63,941 nt of DNA. Source: Octopus bimaculoides (taxonomy: Eukaryota). Every line of letters starts with the position of its first letter. Within the stretch, counting starts at the first letter, position 1. Location: contig NC_068981.1 in NCBI RefSeq assembly GCF_001194135.2, forward strand, positions 145,859,963 through 145,923,903, given 5' to 3'. Below the pieces are notes generated by a model. It was not told where the DNA came from, ran no database searches, and saw nothing but the letters and a program-made list of their open reading frames with translations. Of the stretch, positions 24,201 to 37,690 are shown piece by piece. A program made the translations under genes and the position numbers.

Positions 24201-25039
24201 AAATATCAGTAACAATGACCTAATGGGCATCCCGTTTACATTTGGCCAAGTTAATTTTCTGTCTGCAAGTTCTTAGACACATTGATGATATATGCAAGGG
24301 GTAATACCAATTTGTATTTGTGTGTCTTTGTGGAGACGATCGTTTCTTATCCGTTCTAAAAAATGACCATGCTTTGTCAGATGGAACATTGTCAACAGGA
24401 GAGTGTAAATACAAGAAATAAAATTCTAAAATTTTAGAAATTAAGATCACGATGCGTTTATATATATAAATTATATTAAGAAATAATTTTTGTGTGACAC
24501 TTTGATATGACTGATCATTTCTCTCGCCATTGTTTTTGACTTCATTCTTTGTCCATTTTTGTTGCTTACAGCCTCCCTATTTAATTTTTGAAATTTTATT
24601 TCTTCTCATTCAAACTATTTAAAAAATATTTTTCATTTCTTCCAACATGCTTATCAATACATACCCATACTCGTTTCCTTCTTATAGTTCGTTTTTCATT
24701 GCTTTCAACAAACTTATCAACACCTACTTGATAGCTACACTGATCCATGCCTTGTCTGTGCGTGTACGCATTCAACTAACTTTACCTTCCATTGCTTTCA
24801 ACAATCATACCAACATCTACCTGCGCCATTCTTTCGATATCACTTCTCAACTCCTTTCATTTCCTTTTTCTATTCTTACATCCAAAGTAATACGATCATT
24901 ACCTTTTAACAACGCAGAACATTGCTACCTCCGTCGAATTCTACAGTTTTACTGTTTAGCGTAATTTTCTAATCTACCATCGCATTTGTTGGAGTTAATA
25001 TCTTCAAACGTATACAGTGTATTGCATTGCTCTTATTCA

Positions 25040-26110
25040 AAATGACTAGAAAGAGGCCATCACGTGGAAATGAAGGCAAACATGCGGAAAGAAATCATAT
25101 AGACATTACATTGGACGTTAAACTTGATGCTTTACAAATATTTGATGCGGGTGTTAAACCCAGTTATATTGCAAAAGCATTAGCGTTTTTAGTGAGACCA
25201 ATATGTGACAATAAAGACACTCTTAATGCAAGAGCTACGCTGTTAACTGTCTGGACTTCATTCTTTTCACAGATCTCATGGGATGTCTGATATGGAAGGT
25301 TTCTGAGTAAGTGAATCAACGACCTACATACGACTGGAAGTAATGTGCCGATAAACAAAATGATCATTCAAGTTAAAAGTTTGCAAAAGATTTACAGAAA
25401 GAGGACGCAACTTTTCTGGCTAATAAAATCTAATTTGAAATATTTGAGAGGCCCCTTAGTGTGCACATTAAAATGACTGTTGAGACTGTAACTGATTATC
25501 CTAAGGAGCTGAAGAAAATTATTGTTCAAGAAAGCCACACATCTAAACAGGTGCAAAAAGTTGATGAAACCAAATTTTACTAAAAGTACATTCCCGCAAG
25601 GTCTTTTTTTATGTTAAGAAAATCAGCAGTTTTCTTTAAAACTTCCAAATATCGTCTGCCGCTTCTTGGTGGAGGTGGGGTGGGGGATAAACTGCTGCTG
25701 GTAATATGAAATTAATGTCTCTGCATGTGTAACAAGGTTGTAGTAAGTTTAATCTATTTGGCATTCAAATAATATATAGCGTTCAAATAAGAAGCTTGGA
25801 TGGCTACGAACTTTCTCCAAGACTAGTTTACAGACTTGTTCATCCTGTTGTACAATGGTACAGTACAAAGTGTAAGATTTTCAACAAGAAACTGCTCTTT
25901 CTGACAATTCAGTAAACCACTCGGTGAACTTCAATGATCCTTCTGATTATGTGAAAGTGGAATACAGCCATAAGAACTCAGCTCCTTTGGTCCAGTCAAT
26001 GGATCAAGATGTGATAGCTAATACAAGACGTATTATTTGAGAGCCTTGAAAAGACTCACAAAAGCAATTGATGGGGGTAATAAACCTAGAAGAGACTAGT
26101 GGAAAGTGCT
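25040..26110 (+). mobile_element. Degenerate Tigger/pogo DNA transposon
   Basis: DITLDVKLDALQIFDAG (CENP-B-like N terminus) and QVQKVDETKF (QVFNxDET motif); many stops. Confidence 0.65.
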
Positions 26111-26335
26111 CAACGGCGTGCTGGCATCATCGTTAGAGTTTTAGAAAAAAATCCCTGTGATATTTTCCCCGATTCTTTACGTTCTAAGTTCAAACCCAGC
26201 CCCAGTCAACTTTGCCCTTCATCCTTTCGAGGTTGATCAAATAAACTGCGGCACAAGTACTGGGACCGACGTAATCTTCTAACCTGTCTTTCCTCAAAAT
26301 TGCTGATTATGTGGCAAAATTAGAAACAATTATTC
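26110..26335 (+). mobile_element. SINE family A copy
   Basis: tacgttctaagttcaaaccc...ttgcccttcatcctttcgaggttgat...gtggcaaaattagaaac. Confidence 0.7.
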
Positions 26336-27124
26336 ATTATTTAAGGCCGATCTTCAGATTAAACTTAGGCTGAATCTCTCAGTTTTGTTTGTTCGTTGAA
26401 AATATTTTCTTTGTAATTTTCCTAGCCTAGTTTCATAGGCTGAGATATTTAGGTCAAGAAGATAACTATATTGCCGTTTTACGAGTTGTTCAGGGTTAAT
26501 TGTTATCAAAATATCCCACACAAACCTGTCGTAAACTTCTACAATTGCTTCAAAAGAGCAAATTGAAGTTGGGGTTTCTGAGATAAGCTAACGCTTTGAA
26601 TTAATATCGAGTTTCAGAGAAGTTGATAGGTTTAATAGGTGATTTTTATTATAAATCATAAACCTACCAAGTAAGCATCCATCTGTTTAAATGCAGTGAC
26701 TTGCGTATACGAAAATCTATCGAAAAAGGTGGCACGAATAATTCAGGATGTTGTTTAAAATAATATCCAACATTATTCATAGGCTAGGGTCTATTAATAC
26801 TGAAAAATAACAAAGCATGTTAAACATTTTGCAAATAATTCTCGATGAAAATAAGAGAAGTAAAATATTGTGAGATCTAAAACCACTGAATATCTTAGCT
26901 GGCACATATATCCCTAGATCAGAACAAGGGGTTACTGATTATACTAAGGTAGATGTCGGCAACAGTGAGCCACTGAAGTGTTCTCTGAAAGCATCTCTCA
27001 AAAAATTTCGAATACAGTGTAATTGTTAAATAGTTGATGACCCTTAAATACTCTTTTGTGCAACGATTCGTTAAAATTTACATGAATCAGAATTTCCAAA
27101 TGATAGAAATGGTAGTGGTTGCCC

Positions 27125-27400
27125 TATACATACATACATATACATACATATACATACATGCATATACATACATGCATATACATACATACATATACATACA
27201 TATACATACATATACATACATACATATACATACATACATATACATACATATACATACATATACATACATATACATACATACATACATATACATACATACA
27301 TACATATACATACATACATACATATACGTACATACATACATACATACATATGCATACACATACATACATACGCACACTCACACACACACATATATATATA
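27125..27400. repeat. (ATAC/ATACAT)n compound microsatellite
   Basis: Directly visible. Confidence 0.95.
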
Positions 27401-28479
27401 AACAATAAATTAAATAGAGAGATTCAATTGACAATCCAATAATTTATTTATATTATAACATAATATGCTATGGATATAATATAAGGTAACAAAGAAATCA
27501 TGAAAAAAATCAAAGGAGCCAACAACTTATTTAGACTTATATACATTATTTGAAGTAAATAAAAATGTTTTCTTAGCATTTCGCCCGGCGTGCTAACGTT
27601 TCTGCCAGCTCGCCGCCTTAAAGAGACAAATATAGGTAACTACAATGACGAAAAAGGCATAACTATACATGACATGGAAGAATACTAATGTCCTTGTCAA
27701 GACATCAATAAGATGCGTGCACAACAAACCTGGTATAATGATCTAGGACAGAGAAAAGAAACTATGCACAGTAACTCAAAATCAGTTTGCCCAGCAGATA
27801 TCAAAATAAGGTTTAAAATAAGTGAAAAAGAAAACACTGTGCTGAACTGACGAGAAATCTGAAATTATTCCATTCAGATTATATTTTTAGATTCCTACCA
27901 ATAATTTTGGAGCATATGGTAGTGCGACTGACTGCTTCAGTACTAATCTTGAGAAACTGCGATTCAGAAAACTAGAAACAACACGCTTAATCAGATGCTT
28001 ACCGCAACAAACTGTCAAAATATGCGACCCATGTATGCATATGAATATGCATACATGCGTACGTGTATGCTTACATACATACATGTCTATCTGCCCATCT
28101 GCCCATCTGCCTGCATACCTACCTACCTACCTATCCACGCCTGGATAGATATTATCCCTTAGTGGGTTGGATTCTCAGCCCCTAACTCTCTCAGATTATA
28201 TATATATATAATCCCCGTTGCTTATATCTGTATCATCTCCCCCCNNNNNNNNNNNNNNNNNNNNNNNNNNNNNNNNNNNNNNNNNNNNNNNNNNNNNNNN
28301 NNNNNNNNNNNNNNNNNNNNNNNNNNNNNNNNNNNNNNNNNNNNAGGCTTGGAGAAGGAAGTGTTAATTTTTACATATATATGCATGCTAATACATGACC
28401 CATATTAGACTCCTCACTCGTATCATTATCGAGAGTTTAACCAGGTTCTATCCATAGCACTTACTTAGCGTTACCCGTT

Positions 28480-28688
28480 ATATGTGTGTGAGTGTGTGTG
28501 TGTGTGTGTTGCAGCTGCCACCCGAAAGTGAGAATAACTAATTAGATTTGCGAATCCACATCCATACTCANNNNNNNNNNTGTGTGTGTTGCAGCTGCCA
28601 CCCGAAAGTGAGAATAACTAATTAGATTTGCGAATCCACATCCATACTCATTTTTTAGTAACTGCAATGTGTAACTGTGTGTGTGTGT

Positions 28689-28722
<34 letters not shown>

Positions 28723-28842
28723 TGTGTGTGTATGTGTGGGGGGTATTAAAGCTGCCGTCCGAAAGTGAGAATAACTAATTAGATACCTAAATCAATTTGC
28801 GAATCCACATCCTTACTCATTTTTGAGTAACTGCAATGTGTA

Positions 28843-28885
<43 letters not shown>

Positions 28886-28900
28886 GTGCGTGCGTGTGCG
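28480..28900. repeat. Tandem units (gctgcc..ccgaaagtgagaataactaattagat...) interleaved with (TG)n
   Basis: Copies at 28512, 28592 and 28751; the first two are identical across a 10-N gap (likely assembly overlap), the third is diverged. Confidence 0.8.
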
Positions 28901-29484
28901 TAATGACTATAGAATGTAATCTCCGATTTTTTAAACCTTCAAAGAATGTGAAAAGTGAATGTTTTTGAAAGGCGGTCGGGGAGAGGGACGAAAATATTCA
29001 AACTTAGAAATCATTTTTTCCCCCTGATTTTGAAGACTCATGGTCTACCTTAGAAACAGTAACCTGAAGAAATTTTCAGAAAGAAAAAGAAATGAATTGG
29101 CGAATTTTACAAAGTTTCCACTTTATTCGCCTTCGCTAGGAAACAGCTAACTTTAAAGAATAACGATAAATTTCTTTTTTTTTACTTTGAAATTGTGAGT
29201 GGAATGGAATACTTGCGTCCTTGAACAAGACACTTCCTAAAATAAATACCTAATAAGTTTTTATAAGAGGAGAAGGGCTATTATATAACTTTTGCGTATT
29301 CCATATAAAGTTAAGGAAAGACTTCCGCTCACCCCTACCCCATTTTCTCCCAAATTTATTCTTTTACTTGTTTCAGTCATTTGACTGCGGCCATGCTGGA
29401 GCACCGCCTTTAGTCGAGAAAACTCCCGTTTTCGGATATGGAGGTTCCGGAAAATTACCAAAAATCGGCATTGTTAAATTTTCC

Positions 29485-29845
29485 GGATCTTTATGGTTTA
29501 ACGGCCAACATTTTTTTATGTAGTGTTTTTGGTACCGAAACACTTTCAAACTTCGAATACTTGTATATTTTGTGTTATAGAACAGATAAAAAATTTTGTA
29601 TTCGAAGTTATTTCATGTAAAAAATTGTCGTATTTCGGTAATTTCAACCAATCACTGACGTCTATTGAGGTGAAAACATTTACGCCGTGGAATGTAAACA
29701 ACGGTGTCAGGGGATCTTTTCCCTTGAATAAAATTAGTGCCGTTGTTTGTCAACAAAAACTATCCGTTGTTAACAACAACTCTCAGCAGTATATATTTCG
29801 TTTGTCACTGTTATTTATGACATCGTTCGTGCGTTTGTACTGGTT
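29485..29845 (+). mobile_element. Merlin-like MITE subfamily II, left part (remainder in gap)
   Basis: Starts ggatctttatggtttaacggccaaca; matches the reverse complement of 10890-11200. Confidence 0.75.
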
Positions 29846-31088
29846 NNNNNNNNNNNNNNNNNNNNNNNNNNNNNNNNNNNNNNNNNNNNNNNNNNNNNNN
29901 NNNNNNNNNNNNNNNNNNNNNNNNNNNNNNNNNNNNNNNNNNNNNNNNNNNNNNNNNNNNNNNNNNNNNNNNNNNNNNNNNNNNNNNNNNNNNNNNNNNN
30001 NNNNNNNNNNNNNNNNNNNNNNNNNNNNNNNNNNNNNNNNNNNNNNNNNNNNNNNNNNNNNNNNNNNNNNNNNNNNNNNNNNNNNNNNNNNNNNNNNNNN
30101 NNNNNNNNNNNNNNNNNNNNNNNNNNNNNNNNNNNNNNNNNNNNNNNNNNNNNNNNNNNNNNNNNNNNNNNNNNNNNNNNNNNNNNNNNNNNNNNNNNNN
30201 NNNNNNNNNNNNNNNNNNNNNNNNNNNNNNNNNNNNNNNNNNNNNNNNNNNNNNNNNNNNNNNNNNNNNNNNNNNNNNNNNNNNNNNNNNNNNNNNNNNN
30301 NNNNNNNNNNNNNNNNNNNNNNNNNNNNNNNNNNNNNNNNNNNNNNNNNNNNNNNNNNNNNNNNNNNNNNNNNNNNNNNNNNNNNNNNNNNNNNNNNNNN
30401 NNNNNNNNNNNNNNNNNNNNNNNNNNNNNNNNNNNNNNNNNNNNNNNNNNNNNNNNNNNNNNNNNNNNNNNNNNNNNNNNNNNNNNNNNNNNNNNNNNNN
30501 NNNNNNNNNNNNNNNNNNNNNNNNNNNNNNNNNNNNNNNNNNNNNNNNNNNNNNNNNNNNNNNNNNNNNNNNNNNNNNNNNNNNNNNNNNNNNNNNNNNN
30601 NNNNNNNNNNNNNNNNNNNNNNNNNNNNNNNNNNNNNNNNNNNNNNNNNNNNNNNNNNNNNNNNNNNNNNNNNNNNNNNNNGGGGCGGAAGTCTTGCCAA
30701 CTTGTTCATTGGCTGCTACTGAGCACACTATCAAGGTGACCAGTAACTCTCTGTAGAATATATCACTAAATGAAAGGTTCATTATAAAAATATAATATAA
30801 TTGATAAGAGTAGTCTCGAAGCAGTGCAAGTCTTAATTTCGTTTCTACATGATTTTATTGTAAGAATTAAAACCAATTTATTTAGTGATAATTTGTTTGT
30901 AAACAAAAGAAAATATAAACAACACTTCTATCCCGCAGCAAGATTTTTACGTCCTTGATACTCGTGTGTATATTTACGCGCGGTATTGACACTGCTCTTG
31001 CGTTATCTTAGAGAAGTCGGTGATTGCCAGAGATCCTCGTAGATAACTTACGATTAAAAACGTGTATAATTTTTCATTATCTTCAACG

Positions 31089-31226
31089 ATGGTTTTAAAC
31101 GTGAAGTCTGTTTTAGTCACTGGTAGTAGTCGTGGAATAGGTCTTGAATTCGTGAAGCAACTTTTAAGGTTACCCACGCCCCCTCGCTATGTATTTGCAA
31201 CTTGTCGTAATCCAGAAAAAGCCGAG
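31089..31226 (+). CDS. C-factor/CsgA-like short-chain dehydrogenase, exon 1
   Basis: MVLNVKSVLVTGSSRGIGLEFVKQLL...ATCRNPEKAE; TGxxxGxG Rossmann motif; donor gag/gtaaat. Confidence 0.93.
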
Positions 31227-31801
31227 GTAAATAGACCTGTTTGTTTTTTTCTTTTCGAAAATAATAACTTATATGGTACGTTTTCGTACATGTGCATTTT
31301 GCATGTCTAACGATAATATATTGCTCTATACATTATCAAATAAATATGTAATGTAAATAAAACTGATATGTATCATTATTTCTCTTCTAGATAGCAGTTT
31401 TTCTCAAGAAATTTTATTAGCACCAGCGAAACCAATTTGTTTATATTAATCAGTGTGTGTTGGGTGCGCTCGTGTGTTCGCGACACTTTGGACATGTCCT
31501 CTACCGTTATCACAGTTAGATCCGATTCTTGTACGTTAATTTAGGTAACGAAATCAGGGATTCTGTTCGATAGATTGTCTGTAATGCCAAGAGCAGTTAA
31601 ACTTTTTCTTGATGAAATTTCCTTTTTAATTTTTTAATTTCATCAACATAACCATTATTAACACATTCGAAATGTGCTTCAGCAAAATTTCATTTAAAAA
31701 AGTGTTGTTAAGGAGATAACAATTTCGAGGAAGGAAGGCACCAAATTGTAGTTATTATGACAAACAAGTTTAACTGGTCGAAACACTGAAAAACTGTGTG
31801 C

Positions 31802-31846
<45 letters not shown>

Positions 31847-32058
31847 CATACGAGTGTGGGTATTTATATCAGATATTTTCGATTTGGCACACCAGATCCA
31901 ATTTTTATGAACATTTCTTTCATACATGTATACAGATAGTCTGTTACTCTCTCGCATGTATACAATATAAAAATAGCCACAGTTCGACCTCCCAAAGACC
32001 TAAGATCAAATATTGATTTACAGAAACTGTAGAAGCCCATCATTGAATCTACTCTGGG

Positions 32059-32542
32059 CAATGTCCTATTTTAACGTTGTAAATTATTTGCACCATTAAA
32101 ATTAAAAATAAAATTTTAAAAATACATAAAATATAGGTTACATATAAAAAAAGAAATTGGCGGAGGTAAAGAATACGCACACCACCCGTTTTCGGCGGAA
32201 CCCTAATCCCAAACACCGGGTGTGCGTATCCTTTATCTTCGCTTAAAAAAATTAACTAAATTTGCAGTGTAATAAAAAAGTTATTAACTTTTAAATTTCT
32301 ATGTAGAGAATGGTACACAAGTTTTAAAAAAATGAAAATTTAAACAAATTAAAAATAGTATTTTAATTATCCCACGATTATATGATATATTTCAAAGATT
32401 ATATCAAAAAAATGTTATCAAAAATATTTACAACGGATATTGTTCCTTAACACTTACAATAAAGTTTTCAAATACATTGTCATGATGATTATTTTGCCAA
32501 ATAATGGCACAAATAATTTTCAACGTTAAAATCGGAAATTAT
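32059..32542. mobile_element. Fold-back MITE in SDR intron 1
   Basis: Outer inverted repeat aatgtcctattttaacgttgtaaattatttgcaccatta / taatggcacaaataatttttcaacgttaaaatcggaaatt plus inner inverted repeat 32165-32240. Confidence 0.6.
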
Positions 32543-33338
32543 TTCGACTTAGTTCTTTGGTAATACATTTAATTCAGTTGGTATCACATTCCGACCCTTG
32601 GCCCACTCATGTGGTATTGTGTCTCTGGTTTTTTGTACCACCATTACCGTAGCCTCTACTCTTCGAACCAGGCTTGTCTCTATCACCTCTACTCAGGCAT
32701 TCCTAGCTCACTTTTCATCTTCAGGTCTGGTGCCAACCCCTCCACCTAGTACTTCATTCCCAGAAAATCGGCAACTTTTGAATTTTCTTCCAACGCTTTT
32801 TGTTTTCTTTTTGCCTGTAGCTGTCACCATGCAACCGTTTTAGAACAACGTTAACAGTAGTGAATCTTTTGAATTCCTGTGATTGTGAGGGACACTGCCA
32901 TTCTCCCAGACCAGAACGAAAAAAATATAATTACAGCTACGGTATCATTGATTGCAGTTCTGCTTGAACGGAGCTAAACATGCTAAATGTATTAGCGAGT
33001 ACTTGACACTAGCTATGTAGGTTCTACTTAATATTTTGTATAAATTAGCAGAAGGCTGTGCCCATGACTATTGCTTACCTCCTACTCCTTAGATCAATGT
33101 GATCGATGAGACTTGCATTCAGCTTTTAACATTTGCATATCCGAAGGGAAAATAAAGTTTGTTGCTGGAGGAGGGATGTCCCAGAGAGTTGTAGCTCCAG
33201 TAAGAGATGCTTGTGTAGTAGCATGAAACAAAGAATTTTCTAAATTTCTACCACCACCCTAGTCTATTATGTTAACTAATTGTTAATGATATATATCATC
33301 AGCAATAGTAATGCTGTTATTTTGTTTTCTCATTCTAG

Positions 33339-33390
33339 GATTTGCAGTCATTGAAAAAGGATAATTCAAACCTACGTATTGTTCCTTTAG
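33339..33390 (+). CDS. C-factor-like SDR, exon 2
   Basis: Acceptor cattctag, DLQSLKKDNSNLRIVPL+G, donor gtagga; phase 0 in, phase 1 out. Confidence 0.88.
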
Positions 33391-33559
33391 GTAGGATTAT
33401 TTTTTTCCTTACTATTAATTCCATCAAAATTGCAACTTATCTTTTGTTGATGAGATATCACATTGCTAATGAAAATATCAAAGTTTGTGTACTGTTATTG
33501 TTACTCTGCTGTATTCATGGCCATTGAATTGTTATTAACCCAATCCACATCATCGTTCA

Positions 33560-33840
33560 TCGTTTAACGTCTGCTTTCCATGCTAGCATGGGTTGGACGA
33601 TTGACTGAGGACTGGCGAACCAGATGGTTACACCAGGCTCCAATCTGATTTGGCAGAGTTTCCACAGCTGGATGCCCTTCCTAATGCCAACCACTCCGAG
33701 AGTGTAGTGGGTGCTTTTACATGCCACCGGCACAAGGCCAATCAGAAATGGTGTATTTTACGTGCCACCTGCACAAGGGCCAGTCCAGCAGTACTGGCAA
33801 CGAACTCACTCGAATGTCTTTTCACATGCCATCCGGCACA
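33560..33840 (-). mobile_element. SINE family C (RTE-type (GAT)n tail)
   Basis: Reverse complement of ...ttaggaagggcatccagctgt...aacccatgctagcatggaaagc.gacgttaaacgatga. Confidence 0.8.
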
Positions 33841-34824
33841 AGTGGTAACCTAATTATAAAAAGCAAATAGCCAAATCTGGTTCAAATTATACACTACTGT
33901 CTTAAAAAAAAAAAAAAAAAAGTAAATCTAGTCCTAGATTCACTTTCTGAAAAGAAATGAAAGTTGGAATGTTGTTGGAAAACCTTTTGATGATAGGTCC
34001 CAGTCTGTTTTAATAGTATTATAGGCTCCCAAGCAACGTTATGTATTAGGCCCTATAGTTCTACTTTTTGAAAGAAAGCTATAGTACATTAGCTCCTAGA
34101 ATCATGGGGTACCCATGCCTTAAGTTGGTACTGGATGGGTATGCTTGATCAGAGCAAACTTATTGCTTACAACAACAACACAATATAGAATCTTTTTTAA
34201 TCCTTCATCATCTGGCATAAAGCTGACTCCTGCTCTAATGTAGTCCTCTTCACCTGGTGGGAAAATATAATAATGGATGTTTCTGAAAGGACCCTAAGGA
34301 TGGGGTTCATGCGAACTCTACCCTTACAACCCCACTAAGGATACTGGGCAGTGAAAATGGATAGATGGATGAACATGTCATGATTGCATGACCCTATCCT
34401 TTTAGTGAGTGAAGCCAGTTGGCTATGCCTATACTTATGCACTGCAATCAAAAACTACAGCCATGACACATTCACTTTGTAGATATGTCTGTTTCCTGTA
34501 ATCTTCCCACAAAATAGGATACAAAATAGTCTAATGTGTTAGAGATTGAAATATAAAGTTAACAAATGCAAGTTCAGCATGAAATAGCAACCAAATAACC
34601 CTCAAATACCATATTAAATGAAGAATATGTTGGAGAATTTAGTTCCTGTTATATGGAATATTGGTCATAACTTTCCAATCATATACTTGCTCAGTCAGAA
34701 CTAACTTAGAGCTAAGCTGCAGCCTCAGTTACCCAATATCATTTTATGTCATTCCTCAAACTATTGGAAAAGCAGCCAAATCTTTGTCGAGTCACCATGC
34801 AAATTTTCATGAATAAAGAACTTA

Positions 34825-35000
34825 AAAAGCACCCATTACACTCTTGGAGTGGTTGGTGTTAGGAAGGGCATCCTGCCGTAGAAACTATGCTAAATCAGAT
34901 TGAAACATGGTGTAGCCCTACAACTTACCAGTCTAAGTCAAACCATCTAACCCATGCCAACATGGAAAAGAGACACTAAATGATGATGATGATGATGGAG
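34825..35000 (+). mobile_element. SINE family C copy
   Basis: aaaagcacccattacactcttggagtggttgg...tgatgatgatgat. Confidence 0.75.
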
Positions 35001-35237
35001 TCTTACATGCCTCATAAAAGACACAATGGTCACAGCTAGAATGTCTTTGATCATAGATATCTGCTCAGAACTAAGCAGCACCCATATATCCAATTCCATC
35101 AGATAAAACTCTCTACTTGACAAGATGTAATTGAAAATCTTTGAAATAACTCTGTAAGACACTTTAAGAGATTGTCTCATTGAAGTTTAGAAGAATCATT
35201 ACAGAAAATATTTTAATTTTTTTTGTTTTTATTTCAG

Positions 35238-35425
35238 ATATCTGTGATGAAACTTCTATAATAAAAGCTAAAGAAGCAGTTGAAAATGAAGTAGAAGACA
35301 ATGGGTTAAACTTATTGATTAACAATGCTGGTTTGAAATTGAGTATTACTTTTGAAAAACTCAACTTTGATTCTATGATGGAAGCCTTCAAAACCAATGC
35401 TGTTGCTCCAAGTGTTTTGACTAGG
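35238..35425 (+). CDS. C-factor-like SDR, exon 3
   Basis: Acceptor tttcag; (D)ICDETSI...GLNLLINNAG...FKTNAVAPSVLTR; donor gtaagt. Confidence 0.93.
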
Positions 35426-35464
35426 GTAAGTTGTTTTTTTTGTTCCCTTCTTTTATTTTTGTTT

Positions 35465-35852
35465 GCTTCTGTCTTTAAACTGTGGCCATGCTGTGGCACC
35501 ACCTTGAAGAAATTTTGGTCGAATGAGTCAACCCCAGTACTTATTTTTCTTTTGTTTTTTAAGCCTGGTACTTATTTTATCGATCTCTTTTGCCAAACCG
35601 TTAAGTTACAGGGATGTAAACACCCCAACACCAGTTGTTAAGCAGTAGTGGGGCACAAACAACAGACACAACCCCCCCCCCCCTCCACACACACACACAA
35701 CGAGCTTCTTTCAGTTTCTATCTTCCAAATCCACTCACAAACTTTTGGTTGGCCAGAGGCTATAGTAGAAGATACTCACACAAGGTACCACACGGTGGGA
35801 CTGAACCCGAAACAGTGTGGTTGAAAAGCAAGCTTCTTACCAGACAGCCATG
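35465..35852 (-). mobile_element. tRNA-derived SINE family B
   Basis: Reverse complement of the family best seen at 62550-62927. Confidence 0.75.
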
Positions 35853-35879
35853 CCTGTACCTATTTTTTTTTGAGGTGGG

Positions 35880-36260
35880 TCTTTACATTTTGAGTTCAAA
35901 TTCCGCCAAGTTTAACTTTGCCTTTCATCCTTTCGGGGTCAATAAAATAAGTACCAATTGAACACTGGAGGTTGATGTAAACAACTTATCCCCTTCTTCA
36001 AACTTGCTGGCTTTGTGCCAAAATTTAAAATTGATATTTTTGAGGTGGGTAAGGTGGCGAGCCAAGTAAAAAGGTGGCAAGCCAAATAAAATCGTTGGTA
36101 AGCCAAGTAAAATGCTTAACCAAAGTTGACTTTGCCTTTCATCCTTTTGAGGTCAGTAAAATAAGTACCAGTTGAGCACTGGAATTGATATAATCAATTT
36201 ATATCAACACCTATCCCCACAATTGCTGTCCTTGTGCCAAAATTTGAGACCAATATTTTT
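35880..36260 (+). mobile_element. Two partial SINE family A copies
   Basis: gcctttcatcctttcggggtcaataaaataagtacc and gcctttcatccttttgaggtcagtaaaataagtacc. Confidence 0.7.
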
Positions 36261-36704
36261 GAGGAGGGTATGAGCTGTTTTGGTACAACCATTTTGATGC
36301 TGCCTATTTGGCATCACTGATTTGATGCTGACTTTATTTATCTTCAGACATTTTGAAGTTTTTCTTGTTTCTTTTCCCCTCTGCCTCTGTTTATTTATTT
36401 GAGCATCTGATTATGTTTGTATGCATGTGCAGTTTCTCTCTCTCTCTCTCTCTCTCTCTACCTGCATGTGTATATCTTTGCATACAAGCATTTCAGTCAT
36501 ACTTTTCTCAGTCATTAGACTATGGCCATACTGGGGCACTGCCTCGAAGAGTCTTTAGTTGAATGAATTGACCTTAGTACTTTCTCTTTTAAGCCTGGTA
36601 CTTCTTCTCTTTTGCTGAACTGCTAAGTTATGGGGATATAAACAAACCAACACCAGTTGTGTGGTGGTGATAAGGGACAAACATAGGCACAAAGACCACA
36701 AATC

Positions 36705-36975
36705 TTACTGGTAGATGGCCCTGCTTGATATGTAGAAAAGGCGTAAGTAGAAACTCCATAAGATGTAGTAAGCTATGGACATAAAAGATGCAGCAATATC
36801 AGGGGAAGGTTAACATGGAAAATAGCTTTTGTGTGTGGAAGATGCACAGGTGCAATAAACACTGAAAATGTACAGAAAATAGACTCCAACAACTGCCAGG
36901 TGGGTAAGCTAGAGGTAGTAGATAGCTTCCATTATCTAGGTGACCAAGTTAGTAGTGGAGGTGGATGCTCTGAGA
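36705..36975 (+). mobile_element. RTE LINE fragment (Cys-rich region)
   Basis: Diverged copy of 39160-39420. Confidence 0.7.
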
Positions 36976-37334
36976 GATTATGGTGAAAGATTATGGTTAA
37001 AAAAAAATTATAATGACTTTCTCTATTTGAATAAAAAGATTCACGTGAATGTTTATAAGAAAGTCATTTAAAGTTTTCTTTGTTTATCCATTCATTTATT
37101 TAATATCCATTTCTCAGTGCTTGTGTAAGTTTAACCAAGACTTATTTCAGGCAGTGTTTTATTGCCAGCACATACATGCTTTTCAAGTCAGGGAATCTTT
37201 TATTCCACTTCGATAGCACAGAGCAATGGTTTGTCATATCAACAAGGAATGCAAAACCAAAGAATGACAAAATATGCACACATATGCTTGTGTGTGCATG
37301 CTTACATACACATGGCAATCTTTCATACACTTTC

Positions 37335-37690
37335 CCTTAACCAATTGGACTCGAACATCATTGGTTGGCCTGGGCTTATAGTAGAAAATGCCTGAGTTGC
37401 TGCATAGTGGGACTGAACCCCAAACCTTGGTGGTTGCAAAGCAGTCTTCTTGTTAACACAGCTATATCTGTATCTATTTATTCAACAGATTTCAGTCTCA
37501 CTTTTTACATGGTTACAGATGTGGCTGAGTGGTTAAGAGGCTTGATTCCAAACCATCAAGTCTTGGGTTCAAGTCTCACTGTGTTGCACCTTGGGAAAGT
37601 TCCTTCTATTATCACCTTGAGTCGACCAAAGCCTTGTGCATGGATTTGGTAAGGAAAAACTGGAAGAAGCCTAATGTGTGTGTGTGTATA
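37335..37690. mobile_element. Head-to-head pair of SINE family B 5' ends
   Basis: Minus copy 37335-37465, plus copy 37518-37690. Confidence 0.65.

Noticed and set aside
27890-28146. Open frame IPTNNFGAYGSATD... after an AG acceptor, as a possible upstream SDR exon
   Set aside because: No recognisable homology, runs into microsatellite, and the SDR is complete from ATG 31089.
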